Source: an uncultured virus (IMG/VR IMGVR_UViG_2582580832_000004) (lineage: Duplodnaviria; Heunggongvirae; Uroviricota; Caudoviricetes). From it: a stretch of 20,000 nucleotides of DNA. Position numbers and translations under genes: made by a program. The stretch lies in IMG/VR virus record IMGVR_UViG_2582580832_000004. One strand, given 5' to 3'. A model generated the notes under the pieces. That model searched no databases, was not told where the DNA came from, and worked only from the letters and a program-made list of their open reading frames with translations. The number at the start of each line of letters is the position of its first letter. Within the stretch, counting starts at the first letter, position 1. Positions 7,824 to 16,604 of this stretch are shown in pieces.

Positions 7824-8392
7824 GCTGCTAACTCCTTTTTGCGCTTATTAGCTTCTGCCATGCAGTGAACACACTTGTTGCAAGTGACATAGCGAGTTGT
7901 TGTTTTGCACTTCTCACACATACGGCCTTGATAATGAGATAGACCTTTTGCTAGTGCTTCATTACGAGTTTTTAAGATTGGATTAGCTTTTTGATGTTTT
8001 TCTATTTCCTTTCTGGCTTTCATCAGACGGGTGTACAAAGCTTTCGTGCAAGCACCAGTTCTGTTGATTCTCCAAAGCACTGATGGTGCTGTATCTGCCT
8101 TCTCTGCAAGCATGACTTGACGTCCAACTTCATCTGAAACCCATTCACAAAGTGCTTTAATTTCTTCAGCAGTTGCTTGAGCGCGTTTAGGGCCAGACTT
8201 AGCCGAAGGGCCTTTAACAGTTGACACACTCTTTAGCGCTACTTGAGGTTTATTCAAATACTCTTTAAGCGGATGATCTGTTCCATTCATCACAGCGAAC
8301 TGAACAGCTTTGAGCACACACAATTCGTACTCTGGTCTGCCATTACGCTGAGCTACTACAGCCAATTGTTGCCTAATTTCTGAAAGCATCAT
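7820..8392 (-). CDS. Phage protein with possible HTH and C-terminal C4 zinc finger
   Basis: GRQVMLAEKADTAPSVLWRI HTH-like; CEKC..CVHC. Confidence 0.7.
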   Translation of the reverse strand: MMLSEIRQQLAVVAQRNGRPEYELCVLKAVQFAVMNGTDHPLKEYLNKPQVALKSVSTVKGPSAKSGPKRAQATAEEIKALCEWVSDEVGRQVMLAEKADTAPSVLWRINRTGACTKALYTRLMKARKEIEKHQKANPILKTRNEALAKGLSHYQGRMCEKCKTTTRYVTCNKCVHCMAEANKRKKELAA

Positions 8393-9150
8393 GCTATTTC
8401 TCCAAATAGATCAGGCTGCATACGCTTTTCAGTACCTGCTTGATCAATACGTTCTTGAGCAATCTCGAAATACTTTTTCTCTTTCTCTATCCCAATGAAG
8501 TTGCGACCTGTATTCACACATGCAACACCCGTGGTACCGCTACCCATTGTGTTGTCGAGTACTGTTTCACCTTCGTTTGTGTATGTGCGAATCAAGTACT
8601 CACAAAGAGCAACTGGCTTCTGGGTCGGATGGAAATTAGCTTTTTGCTTATCACTACTGAATAACTGAACTGAACGTGGGTACCGCTCTGTTGAGTCGTA
8701 AGCCTTGATATTTACTTGCTTGCCGTAATGTTCTGATCCAATGTCTTTACGCTTGGCTGTCTTACGCTCATGACCAAAGGTTTTGATGGGGTTAAATGTT
8801 GGCTTAGCTTTGTAAAACACAAGGATGTTTTCATGTGCACGTAACGGCTGGAAATGTGCATTAAAGAATCCAGTAGCTGCAGGTTTCTCCCAAATCCACT
8901 CGTAGCGAAATAGATTTAGATTTGATGTCGCAAGTACTGCTGTAAATGGATGAGCTGCAAATAGAACAATTGCGCCATTCTCTTTAATAACTCTTTCGTA
9001 TTGCTCCCAAAGAGGCTCAAAAGGAATTACTGAATCCCATGCACAGCAAGTGGTACCGTATGGCAAATCACAAAGAATCATGTCCACGGTACCTGACTCA
9101 ATTTCTTTCATCTGCTCGAGACAATCGCCTAAGATCAAGGTGTGCTTCAT
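8389..9150 (-). CDS. Site-specific DNA methyltransferase, beta class (N4-C/N6-A)
   Basis: LGDCLE, DMILCDLPYG (motif IV) before HPTQKP and LDNTMGSGTT (motif I). Confidence 0.92.
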   Translation of the reverse strand: MKHTLILGDCLEQMKEIESGTVDMILCDLPYGTTCCAWDSVIPFEPLWEQYERVIKENGAIVLFAAHPFTAVLATSNLNLFRYEWIWEKPAATGFFNAHFQPLRAHENILVFYKAKPTFNPIKTFGHERKTAKRKDIGSEHYGKQVNIKAYDSTERYPRSVQLFSSDKQKANFHPTQKPVALCEYLIRTYTNEGETVLDNTMGSGTTGVACVNTGRNFIGIEKEKKYFEIAQERIDQAGTEKRMQPDLFGEIA

Positions 9151-9986
9151 GCCGCACCTCTCAACGCCATCGGCATTTTCAAGCCGTCAGCTTCTAGCAT
9201 TTTTTTGAAGTCATCTTTCTGGTCAAAAGGATCTGGCCAATAGTCAGTGTCGGGTTTGAGTTCCCAAGGTTGAACTTCCTTGATTTCCTCAGCCATTTTG
9301 TTGACTGGCGCTTGGATCTTTAGTTTTTCGCGTAACTCCGCAATTGCTTTCTGTGCAATCGTTTTGTATCGCTCGTTATCTGCTTGCTGCTCTTCCTTGG
9401 TTTGCTTGTGCTCAAGTTGAAGCTGTGTTTCTTGAGTAGAAAGGACCCCTGCCACTTCGGCTTGTTTGATAGCTGTAATGCGTTGGTCTGGATCTACACC
9501 TAAGCTCACGTTGTAAACTGGTTTTAAGCCTTGATCTTTTGCCTCTGTCACTAAGCGCTCGTAGATAGACACAAAGATCTTCTTAGCTTCTGCCAATTGG
9601 AACTTGTCACCAGTAGCAACCAAGTCAGCACACTTCTCGAATGCTTTAGCTGCTTGCTCAGTCCACACCACAGTCATTTCACGACCTGTACCGTACTCAA
9701 TTGAGTTCTTAGCAATTGCCCAAGCTTCATGAGCATCTAACCAATCTGATGCTTTAGGCTCACACCATGAGCGAAACTCTGGCACTGTTGGACAGAATGT
9801 TGATTTCATCATGCGATTCACACCGCGTTTGAAATCTTCAGTGGTTAAGCCTTGATAGCATTCAACCATTGCTGCTGCGATTTCTTGAGCATCAATCTCA
9901 CCCCATTGATCTGCATACTTTTTCCCATAGAACGCTTTCATTTTATTGAGCAGACGAGCTGCATCTTGCAAAGTGAATTGATTCAT
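9147..9986 (-). CDS. Replication protein P-like (putative helicase loader)
   Basis: Directly downstream of initiator; 'FCPTVPEFRSWC' resembles the lambda P family motif. Confidence 0.65.
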   Translation of the reverse strand: MNQFTLQDAARLLNKMKAFYGKKYADQWGEIDAQEIAAAMVECYQGLTTEDFKRGVNRMMKSTFCPTVPEFRSWCEPKASDWLDAHEAWAIAKNSIEYGTGREMTVVWTEQAAKAFEKCADLVATGDKFQLAEAKKIFVSIYERLVTEAKDQGLKPVYNVSLGVDPDQRITAIKQAEVAGVLSTQETQLQLEHKQTKEEQQADNERYKTIAQKAIAELREKLKIQAPVNKMAEEIKEVQPWELKPDTDYWPDPFDQKDDFKKMLEADGLKMPMALRGAA

Positions 9987-11368
9987 TACTTGACCTCCAA
10001 CAAGGTTTGGTCTGGGAATACATCAACCAGCTCGTTATTCGCTCCAATACCAAACTGAGCAAAGAAATCATCATGTTTCTTCATGGTTTGAGCTTGTTGG
10101 CTTGCTTTAGATTGGTATGTACTAGCTGACTGCTTTGGCGCGAATAAGCCTTGGTAGTTACCAGTGATTGAAGTTTTGAGAGATTGATTTGAACCTTCAT
10201 AACCCCACTGAAGAAAATCTTTGTAGATTGTGTTAAGAGCGTTCTTGGTTAATTTAGATTTAGCTTGTTGAGAGCGATTAGCTACGTATTGTTCCCATAG
10301 CTCTAAATCACAAAGATTTGCAAAAGTGTTTTTAGTGAGCTTGATAACTTCATCAAAACTAAGTTTGCGTACTTTATCTTTACGCTCTTTTTCAGCTTTC
10401 GCCTTTTGTTCAGCTTCTAATTTTTGTTGTTCAAGAATGATCTGTTTTTGAGTTTCTTGATAAACATAAAAACTAGCTTCAAGTGGTTTGTTTGAGCGAA
10501 GCGAGTTAAATAAATTATCTATAATTAAATATCTATAAATAATATCTATTGTGTCTTTAGTTTCTAAAGTACCTTGCGCTTTAGTTTCTAAAGTGGTGCT
10601 ATTTAGTTTCTGAAGTGCTTTAGTTTCTAAAGTGGTGCTATTTAGTTTCTGAAGTGCTTTAGTTTCTAAAGTGGTGCTATTTAGTTTCTGAAGTGCTTTA
10701 GTTTCTAAAGTGGTGCTATTTAGTTTCTGAAGTGCTTTAGTTTCTAAAGTGGTGCTATTTAGTTTCTGAAGTGCTTTAGTTTCTAAAGTGGTGCTATTTA
10801 GTTTCTGAAGTGCTTTAGTTTCTAAAGTGGTGCTATTTAGTTTCTGAAGTGCTTTAGTTTCTAAAGTGGTGCTATTTAGTTTCTGAAGTGCTTTAGTTTC
10901 TAAAGTGGTGCTATTTAGTTTCTGAAGTGCTTTAGTTTCTAAAGTGCTTTTATTACTAAAGTGCTCAACAAGCGAAATCTCATTTAATTTGTACTTGTTT
11001 CCTAGCTTTGGATTGGTTGCAACAATAGAGATAACACCGTACTCAATTAACTGCTTTAATCCTGCACGAACTGTAGCTGTGCTTAATTTACGCACATGCT
11101 CCTCAAGGCCTTCAATTTTTCTACCTTGCAACTGTGAGTAGCTAACAAAGTCAGATTCCTTGTTAAACCCGCTAATATATTCCTCTAGCTCGGCATAAAC
11201 GTTACGAGCAGCATCACCAAGAAATGGCTTAACTTCATTCCGATAAAGCCGACTAGACATAACGTAGCCTTTGTCGAATTTATCAGACATGGCTGGTCGC
11301 TCTTTTTTAGGAAACTTGAGCACCTCTGCTTGAGGTGGCTCATGCTTATGTGCTAAATTTGTTTTCAT
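9986..11368 (-). CDS. Replication initiator (O-like) with internal origin
   Basis: Follows cII; N-terminal winged-HTH-like region (VSYSQL..LSTATVRAGLKQLIEYGVI), central iterons, C-terminal 'WEQYVANR..NYQGLF' domain. Confidence 0.85.
   Translation of the reverse strand: MKTNLAHKHEPPQAEVLKFPKKERPAMSDKFDKGYVMSSRLYRNEVKPFLGDAARNVYAELEEYISGFNKESDFVSYSQLQGRKIEGLEEHVRKLSTATVRAGLKQLIEYGVISIVATNPKLGNKYKLNEISLVEHFSNKSTLETKALQKLNSTTLETKALQKLNSTTLETKALQKLNSTTLETKALQKLNSTTLETKALQKLNSTTLETKALQKLNSTTLETKALQKLNSTTLETKALQKLNSTTLETKALQKLNSTTLETKAQGTLETKDTIDIIYRYLIIDNLFNSLRSNKPLEASFYVYQETQKQIILEQQKLEAEQKAKAEKERKDKVRKLSFDEVIKLTKNTFANLCDLELWEQYVANRSQQAKSKLTKNALNTIYKDFLQWGYEGSNQSLKTSITGNYQGLFAPKQSASTYQSKASQQAQTMKKHDDFFAQFGIGANNELVDVFPDQTLLEVK
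10505..10550. promoter_or_regulatory. AT-rich unwinding element of the phage origin
   Basis: Almost pure A/T tract with three TATCTAT copies (10516, 10530, 10543) abutting the iterons. Confidence 0.65.
10556..10962. repeat. Iteron array including 9 perfect 39-bp tandem units (10578-10928)
   Basis: Unit GCTTTAGTTTCTAAAGTGGTGCTATTTAGTTTCTGAAGT; core TTTAGTTTCTRAAGT occurs 20 times plus one degenerate copy at 10948; encodes STTLETKALQKLN repeats. Confidence 0.95.
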
Positions 11369-11396
11369 TCATTGGTTCCTAAATTGATGAATAACT

Positions 11397-11425
11397 AAGC
11401 CTGATCCACGAAATCAGGCTTTTTT
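11397..11425 (+). terminator. Hairpin between cII and O with U-tract on the antisense (+) strand
   Basis: AAGCCTGAT-CCACGAA-ATCAGGCTT then TTTT. Confidence 0.7.
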
Positions 11426-11744
11426 ATTTGAATAAAATTCGCATGTACTCTGGTGAAGTAAACGCTTGTGCCAACATCACACGTGTTGCTTCAGCAATTT
11501 GAGGTGAGCAATACACATCACTTTCTGGAACAACCTTCAAACCAACAGCTGTCAACAAAAAGCTAATAAACTCAATCTCAGTCCATCCATTTGATTTCTT
11601 TTCAGTTTTCATCCGTGAAAGGATGCTAGCATCCACATTTATCATTTCTGCCACGTGTCTTTGGTTGCTTGCATTTAGTGCTTGCAATATGAGCGATTCG
11701 TTATTGCTAGCGCTTGCAGGCAATTCATTTGATACTTTGCTCAT
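11424..11744 (-). CDS. cII: CII-like transcriptional activator
   Basis: Between cro and O; NQRHVAEMINVDASILSRMK HTH; contains a TTGC-N6-TTGC site. Confidence 0.82.
   Translation of the reverse strand: MSKVSNELPASASNNESLILQALNASNQRHVAEMINVDASILSRMKTEKKSNGWTEIEFISFLLTAVGLKVVPESDVYCSPQIAEATRVMLAQAFTSPEYMRILFK
11704..11736 (+). promoter_or_regulatory. PRE-like CII-activated promoter
   Basis: TTGC-TAGCGC-TTGC-N13-GATACT within the 5' end of cII, pointing toward cI. Confidence 0.75.
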
Positions 11745-11754
11745 GGTTTAGTTC

Positions 11755-11943
11755 CTAAGCGGTTAATGCTTCTAAGTCAGCTTTAAGCTTGCCTTTAGTT
11801 AAGATTTGAATTCGGGCTTGTGTATCTCGTGGAATACCTTTAGAGCGCCACTTGCTCACAGTTCCACGGGTAACATTCAGCTTTGCAGTTAATTCAATGT
11901 CTTTAGCAACCTTAAAGTGAGTTACTAAATCATCTACTGTCAT
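11755..11943 (-). CDS. cro: Cro-like repressor
   Basis: 62-aa HTH (ELTAKLNVTRGTVSKW..GIP) divergent from cI; GAGGT RBS. Confidence 0.85.
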   Translation of the reverse strand: MTVDDLVTHFKVAKDIELTAKLNVTRGTVSKWRSKGIPRDTQARIQILTKGKLKADLEALTA

Positions 11944-12025
11944 GTTTACCTCGATAAACTTTTAGTTTCCCTAAGTAAACCATAAGTTTCTCTTGATAGC
12001 AATACATTTGTTTACTATTGGAAAC
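11944..12025. promoter_or_regulatory. OR operators and PR
   Basis: GTTT-N8-AAAC at 11944, 11965, 12010 and degenerate at 11986; minus-strand TTGCTA-N17-TTTACT with TG extension. Confidence 0.8.
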
Positions 12026-12045
12026 ATCTGAATAGGATTTTTTAT

Positions 12046-12789
12046 ATGAGCGAGATCAACGACCGCATAATTGAAAGAATGCGAGAGCTCAAATTGAGAC
12101 AGGTAGACTTGATTGAAGCTACAGGCGCTAAGAAAGGTACTGTTTCCAAATGGATATCTGGTATTAACACGCCTAGTGTTGAATACATGCCAGCTCTCGC
12201 TCAGGTGCTTAAGACAACTGAAAGTTGGTTGTTAACAGGTAAGGAACCAAGCAGATTTAATAATTTAAATGTTCAAGAGTTCATGGATAAACATGGGCTT
12301 ACTAAGAAAGAAAATTCATCATTTGATACTGACAACATCATGGATGTGGATGTTGTTGATTATGAAATGTCTAACGGTTATGTATGGATAGATGTCGTGG
12401 AAGCTAGTTTTTCATGTGGTACTGGGGAATCTATTGAGTTCCATTTTGATGTAATTAATGGGAAATACCCTTTCCCTCCCTCATTCTTTCAACGAAAAGC
12501 TGTTGATCCGCAATGCTTGAAACTCATTAAGGCTAAGGGCGATAGTATGGAAGAGTATATTTTTCATGATGATTTGGTTGGGATTGATATATCTCAAACT
12601 GAAATCATTGATGGCGAGATTTATGCTGTTTACTTTGAAGGCGAAGGAATGATTAAAAAGATCTTCAAAGAAGAAGGCGGATCTTTAATACTCCATAGCC
12701 TTAATGATAAATATCGTGATCGAAAGGTGACTGAACAAAATGGAATTAACTTTAAAGTTATGGGTCGCCAAGTATGGCGAGCTGGATAA
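12046..12789 (+). CDS. cI: CI repressor (XRE HTH + S24 peptidase)
   Basis: RQVDLIEATGAKKGTVSKWISG HTH; SCGTG cleavage site, KGDSM Ser, IKKI Lys. Confidence 0.92.
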   Translation: MSEINDRIIERMRELKLRQVDLIEATGAKKGTVSKWISGINTPSVEYMPALAQVLKTTESWLLTGKEPSRFNNLNVQEFMDKHGLTKKENSSFDTDNIMDVDVVDYEMSNGYVWIDVVEASFSCGTGESIEFHFDVINGKYPFPPSFFQRKAVDPQCLKLIKAKGDSMEEYIFHDDLVGIDISQTEIIDGEIYAVYFEGEGMIKKIFKEEGGSLILHSLNDKYRDRKVTEQNGINFKVMGRQVWRAG

Positions 12790-12807
12790 TAAATCAAATA
12801 TTTCAAT

Positions 12808-12828
12808 ACCCGCTTAGGCGGGTTTTTT
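12808..12828 (+). terminator. cI terminator
   Basis: ACCCGC-TTAG-GCGGGT then TTTTT. Confidence 0.85.
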
Positions 12829-12848
12829 ATTGCCTATAAGAAACATTA

Positions 12849-12920
12849 GTTTCCAAAGAATAAAAATAAGTTTCCCAAAATAAACTTTTCTGTTGACAAT
12901 AAAGTTTCCTTAAGTAAACT
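12849..12920 (+). promoter_or_regulatory. OL operators and PL
   Basis: GTTTCC-N6-AAAC at 12870 and 12904, degenerate at 12849; TTGACA(12893)-N16-TAAACT(12915). Confidence 0.8.
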
Positions 12921-12978
12921 ATAAATCATACCAAAACAAAAAAGCCCCTAGCTTTCGACGGAGAGGGACTTTTACTCA

Positions 12979-13185
12979 ATGAGTGAGAAGATTATGGAAC
13001 AAAGAATTGAAAAGTACAAGCTAAGCCAAGCCTTTAAGGATGGCTCAAAAGCATTCCTAGCTTTCTGGGTTATCACCTTCATTGTATTTAGCTTCTTACG
13101 TGGCTGTGCTGACGAGCAACACGTCAACGAACTCAAAGCAAAAGAAAACCTTTATGTCCGCGTTCAGGTTGAGGGGGTGAAGTGA
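12979..13185 (+). CDS. Small single-TM early protein (start may be 12994)
   Basis: AFLAFWVITFIVFSFL hydrophobic segment; first gene after PL. Confidence 0.7.
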   Translation: MSEKIMEQRIEKYKLSQAFKDGSKAFLAFWVITFIVFSFLRGCADEQHVNELKAKENLYVRVQVEGVK

Positions 13186-13373
13186 TGGAAATACTAACTT
13201 TACGCGATCAATTTGCAATCGCAGCTATGCAAGGTGAGTTGGCGGCTCAAGGTGAAGATTTCTCTTGGGCAAATGAAGAAGCTCTAGCTGCTCGTGCATA
13301 TGAAGTAGCAGATGCAATGCTTGCTGAGCGCTCGAAACATGTCGATTCGCACAAGGAGCCCTCTCATGGATAA
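13182..13373 (+). CDS. Conserved small phage protein
   Basis: TLRDQFAIAAMQG..AYEVADAMLAER motif widespread in phage early operons. Confidence 0.78.
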   Translation: MMEILTLRDQFAIAAMQGELAAQGEDFSWANEEALAARAYEVADAMLAERSKHVDSHKEPSHG

Positions 13374-14169
13374 CTACAAAATCAAAGTTAAAGATGAAGC
13401 GGCGAGCAAAGAGGCTCAGGAGTTGTTTGTACAGCTTGGGTATTCAAACAGACAGAGCAAACGATTTGGCTTTGTCTACACTCAAAATGGTGAGATTGGC
13501 TGTGACTCGATGAAGCATTGGGATTACTACAATGATCTTTGCCAAGAACTCACCCTCCCTCAACTCCGCGACCTTGTTGTGTTGAAGCGGAATGATGTGA
13601 AGGATGCGAATCATCGCGACAAGCGGGATGAATCAATCTATTTAACTAGCGACAAGGTCATTTATTACTGGCAGGGTGAATGGTGTAAATCAGCTATTAA
13701 TAAATCAAATGACTATGAAAACTATATTGCGAATAGTTTGACACCAATCACCCAACCCCAAGACCCAGCCTTGATTAGCGGTGCGGAGGCGTTGCGAGCT
13801 TTGGCGGATGGGAAGGAGGTTGAGTATTGGGAGGAATATAAAAAAGCTGAATTCCCACAACTACCTGAATGGGTTGATGTTCTTAATACAGTGGATTGGG
13901 ATATCAAGAATGATGTTTTAAGTGGAAAAACCAAGTTCCGCCTCAAACCCCAAACCATCAAGCTTGAACTTGAGCTGCCGAAGCCTTTTGAGCCAGAAGA
14001 AGATTGTCATGTTTACATCTTAGATGATGGAAAAACAGATGGATACCGTCGTTATTTCTATGAAGTTCATGGCGATAAAGGAAATGAATTTATTGGTATT
14101 TGGAAAACTGAGGACGAGATCAAGCAAGTTGTAGAGCAACTCAGAAAGATACGAGGTACTAACTCATGA
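13366..14169 (+). CDS. Phage hypothetical protein
   Basis: Start reassigned to ATG 13366 (AGGAG RBS at 13354-13358). Confidence 0.75.
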   Translation: MDNYKIKVKDEAASKEAQELFVQLGYSNRQSKRFGFVYTQNGEIGCDSMKHWDYYNDLCQELTLPQLRDLVVLKRNDVKDANHRDKRDESIYLTSDKVIYYWQGEWCKSAINKSNDYENYIANSLTPITQPQDPALISGAEALRALADGKEVEYWEEYKKAEFPQLPEWVDVLNTVDWDIKNDVLSGKTKFRLKPQTIKLELELPKPFEPEEDCHVYILDDGKTDGYRRYFYEVHGDKGNEFIGIWKTEDEIKQVVEQLRKIRGTNS

Positions 14170-14543
14170 ATATGTTCGCTAAACCTGAGTTGCTCTGCCC
14201 TAGCTTTCCTTACTTGGATTTGTCTAGTGACATTCAAGTAGAAGGCGAAACGGTTTATTTCGACCTTACTTGGGGTTGCAATGTCCTTAATTGCCAGATC
14301 AAAGCTGAATCATCTTTTGATACTCGTGAAGTAAATGACCAGTTCAGTGAATGTGCTCGTGATCAGCAATATGAAGTGCTTTCAGTAGACACAAGAACTC
14401 ATGCAGTAGTCGTAGATAAAGACGGCATAGAGTCACCTACAGGACTACGTTTCAAGCTCACAGAAGCACAAGTAAACAGCTTAAACGAGCAGCTTAAATA
14501 CTACGCCGAAGAGTTGGCTGATGAAGAGTTGAGAGGTGGGTGA
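14166..14543 (+). CDS. Phage hypothetical protein (acidic)
   Basis: ATGA-coupled, GAGG RBS. Confidence 0.75.
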   Translation: MNMFAKPELLCPSFPYLDLSSDIQVEGETVYFDLTWGCNVLNCQIKAESSFDTREVNDQFSECARDQQYEVLSVDTRTHAVVVDKDGIESPTGLRFKLTEAQVNSLNEQLKYYAEELADEELRGG

Positions 14544-14764
14544 TGGAGACTAAATACGATTGGTCGGATGCACCCGAAGAAGTTCAATTCATTGCGCAAG
14601 ATTCAAATGGTGACATTTTTGGATTTGATGTTCCGCCTGTGCCAATGACTTACGGGAAGTGGCTTCCAGCAAATGAGTACCTTCACTTCTTTGGCAATAA
14701 ACCACGAAAAACAATTTCAGATTGGGGATTGTCATTAGAACAACGCCCAGTAGAAAAGAATTAG
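14540..14764 (+). CDS. Phage hypothetical protein
   Basis: YDWSDAPE..IAQDSNG..SLEQRP motif typical of small phage proteins. Confidence 0.72.
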   Translation: MMETKYDWSDAPEEVQFIAQDSNGDIFGFDVPPVPMTYGKWLPANEYLHFFGNKPRKTISDWGLSLEQRPVEKN

Positions 14765-14773
14765 GAGAAGATT

Positions 14774-15835
14774 ATGAATGCGCCAGTAAATACACAAGTT
14801 AATGAATTACAAGTATTAGAACACAACGTAATTGTAGCGGCTTTCGCTAAACGTGGCGGTACAGATGAATTGTATGAGCGCATTGCTCAAGAAGTTTGTT
14901 CTCATGTGCCAGATGTAAGCACTAAAAAAGGCCGTGATGCGATTGGTTCGCTTGCGTTAAAAATCAGTAAGTCAAAAACACTTATTGAGAAATGCGGCAA
15001 AGAATTAGTAGCTGAACAAAAAGCCCAAATCAAAGTGATTGATGATGATCGAATCTCAATTGTTAAGAAGCTTGATTTATTGCGCAATGAGGTTTTGGCA
15101 CCACGCGATGCTTGGGAACAAGCTGAGAAAGATCGTGTTGAAAAACATCAAGCAAATATTCGTGCAATTAAAAGCCTTCATGACGAGCGTACTCCTTATC
15201 AAGAGTCTATTGAAATTAAAAGTCGCATCTTAGAGCTTGAAGGTTTTGAAGTAGATACTTCATTTGAGGAATACGAGCAAGAGGCCAAACTAGCAAAACT
15301 TGAGACTTTAGACAAGTTACGCACTGCCCTTGTGGATCGTGAAAAATTCGAAGCTGAATCTGCCGAACTTGAACGCTTACGCAAAGCTGAGCAAGAGCGT
15401 TTACAACGAGAACATGAAGAACGCATTGCACATGAAGCTGCTGAAAAAGCCCGCCTTGAAGCTGAACGTAAAGCCAAAGAAGAAGCTGAACGTGTAGAGC
15501 GTGAAAAACAAGAAGCTATTGCAAAAGCAGAGCGTGAAAAACGTGAAGCCGCTGAACGTGAAGCTCGTTTAGTTGCTGAAAAAGAAGCTGCTGAGTTACG
15601 CGCACAACATGCAGCAGAAGCAGAACGCAAACGTATTGAAGCTGAGCAAGCAGCAAAGCTAGAGGCAGAACTCCAAGCAGAAGAAGCGCGCCAAGCTAAC
15701 CAAGCACACCGTAAAAAAATCTGTAATGAAGCACTTAAAGGTTTATTGGCTTTGGGTATTGATGAAGCAAAAAGCAAAGAGATTTTGCAGGCAATCAATA
15801 AAGGCTTAGTTCCACACGTATCTATTAAATTTTGA
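14774..15835 (+). CDS. E/R/K/A-rich coiled-coil phage protein upstream of bet
   Basis: AGGAG RBS; long charged helical region. Confidence 0.8.
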   Translation: MNAPVNTQVNELQVLEHNVIVAAFAKRGGTDELYERIAQEVCSHVPDVSTKKGRDAIGSLALKISKSKTLIEKCGKELVAEQKAQIKVIDDDRISIVKKLDLLRNEVLAPRDAWEQAEKDRVEKHQANIRAIKSLHDERTPYQESIEIKSRILELEGFEVDTSFEEYEQEAKLAKLETLDKLRTALVDREKFEAESAELERLRKAEQERLQREHEERIAHEAAEKARLEAERKAKEEAERVEREKQEAIAKAEREKREAAEREARLVAEKEAAELRAQHAAEAERKRIEAEQAAKLEAELQAEEARQANQAHRKKICNEALKGLLALGIDEAKSKEILQAINKGLVPHVSIKF

Positions 15836-15845
15836 GGATTAGAAG

Positions 15846-16604
15846 ATGAGTAATATTGTTTTGTCGCAAGTTAGCAAGATTGCATCAGCTTTTAATATGC
15901 AAGATGTTGATCCTGCTGAGTTAGCAAATACTCTTGTTAATACAGTATTTAAGAAAGCAACAAATGATGAATTTCTCTCTCTATTAATTGTTGCAAACCA
16001 GTACAAGCTAAACCCTTTTACAAAAGAAATTTATGCATTCCCTGCCAAAGGTGGGGGCATCACACCAGTTGTTGGTATTGATGGGTGGGCGCGCATTATT
16101 AATGACAATCCTGTATGTGATGGTATCCAGTTTGAACAAGACGACGAGTCATGCACATGCAAGATTTTCCGTAAAGACCGTAACCACCCTACTGTTGTAA
16201 CTGAATACTTGTCTGAATGTCAGGGTAATTCAGAACCTTGGAAAAAATACCCAAAACGGATGCTACGTCATAAGGCTTTAATTCAATGTGCCCGTGTTGC
16301 TTTTGGATTCTCAGGTATTTATGACGAAGACGAAGCTCGTCGTATTGATGATTGTCATATCCCTACCGTTCAGACCGTTAGTTCAGATCTTCCTCAAGGT
16401 TATGAAGCTTATGAGCAGCAACATTTAGACAACATGCGCGCTTTGGCCATGGAAGGTACAGAAGCTTTGCAAACTGGCTACGCTGAATTGCCTCAGGGCG
16501 ACTGCAAAAAATACTTCTGGACTAAGCATAGCGCTTCATTAAAAGAAGCAGCTCAACATGCTGATCAACCACAAGGACAAGTGTATGAACATTCTCCAGC
16601 GTAG
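15846..16604 (+). CDS. bet: Single-strand annealing recombinase (Red-beta family)
   Basis: VANQYKLNPFTKEIYAFP, PVVGIDGWARIIN, PKRMLRHKALIQCARVAFGFSGIYDEDEA. Confidence 0.93.
   Translation: MSNIVLSQVSKIASAFNMQDVDPAELANTLVNTVFKKATNDEFLSLLIVANQYKLNPFTKEIYAFPAKGGGITPVVGIDGWARIINDNPVCDGIQFEQDDESCTCKIFRKDRNHPTVVTEYLSECQGNSEPWKKYPKRMLRHKALIQCARVAFGFSGIYDEDEARRIDDCHIPTVQTVSSDLPQGYEAYEQQHLDNMRALAMEGTEALQTGYAELPQGDCKKYFWTKHSASLKEAAQHADQPQGQVYEHSPA

Noticed and set aside
10578..10946. Possible CRISPR array
   Set aside because: Units are identical and contiguous with no unique spacers, lie in-frame in a replication gene, and no cas genes are present
15199..15798. 199-aa minus-strand ORF
   Set aside because: Antisense shadow of the low-complexity E/A/R/K coiled-coil gene
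14774..15835. TolA call for the charged helical protein
   Set aside because: No N-terminal membrane anchor or tol-pal context; similarity is compositional
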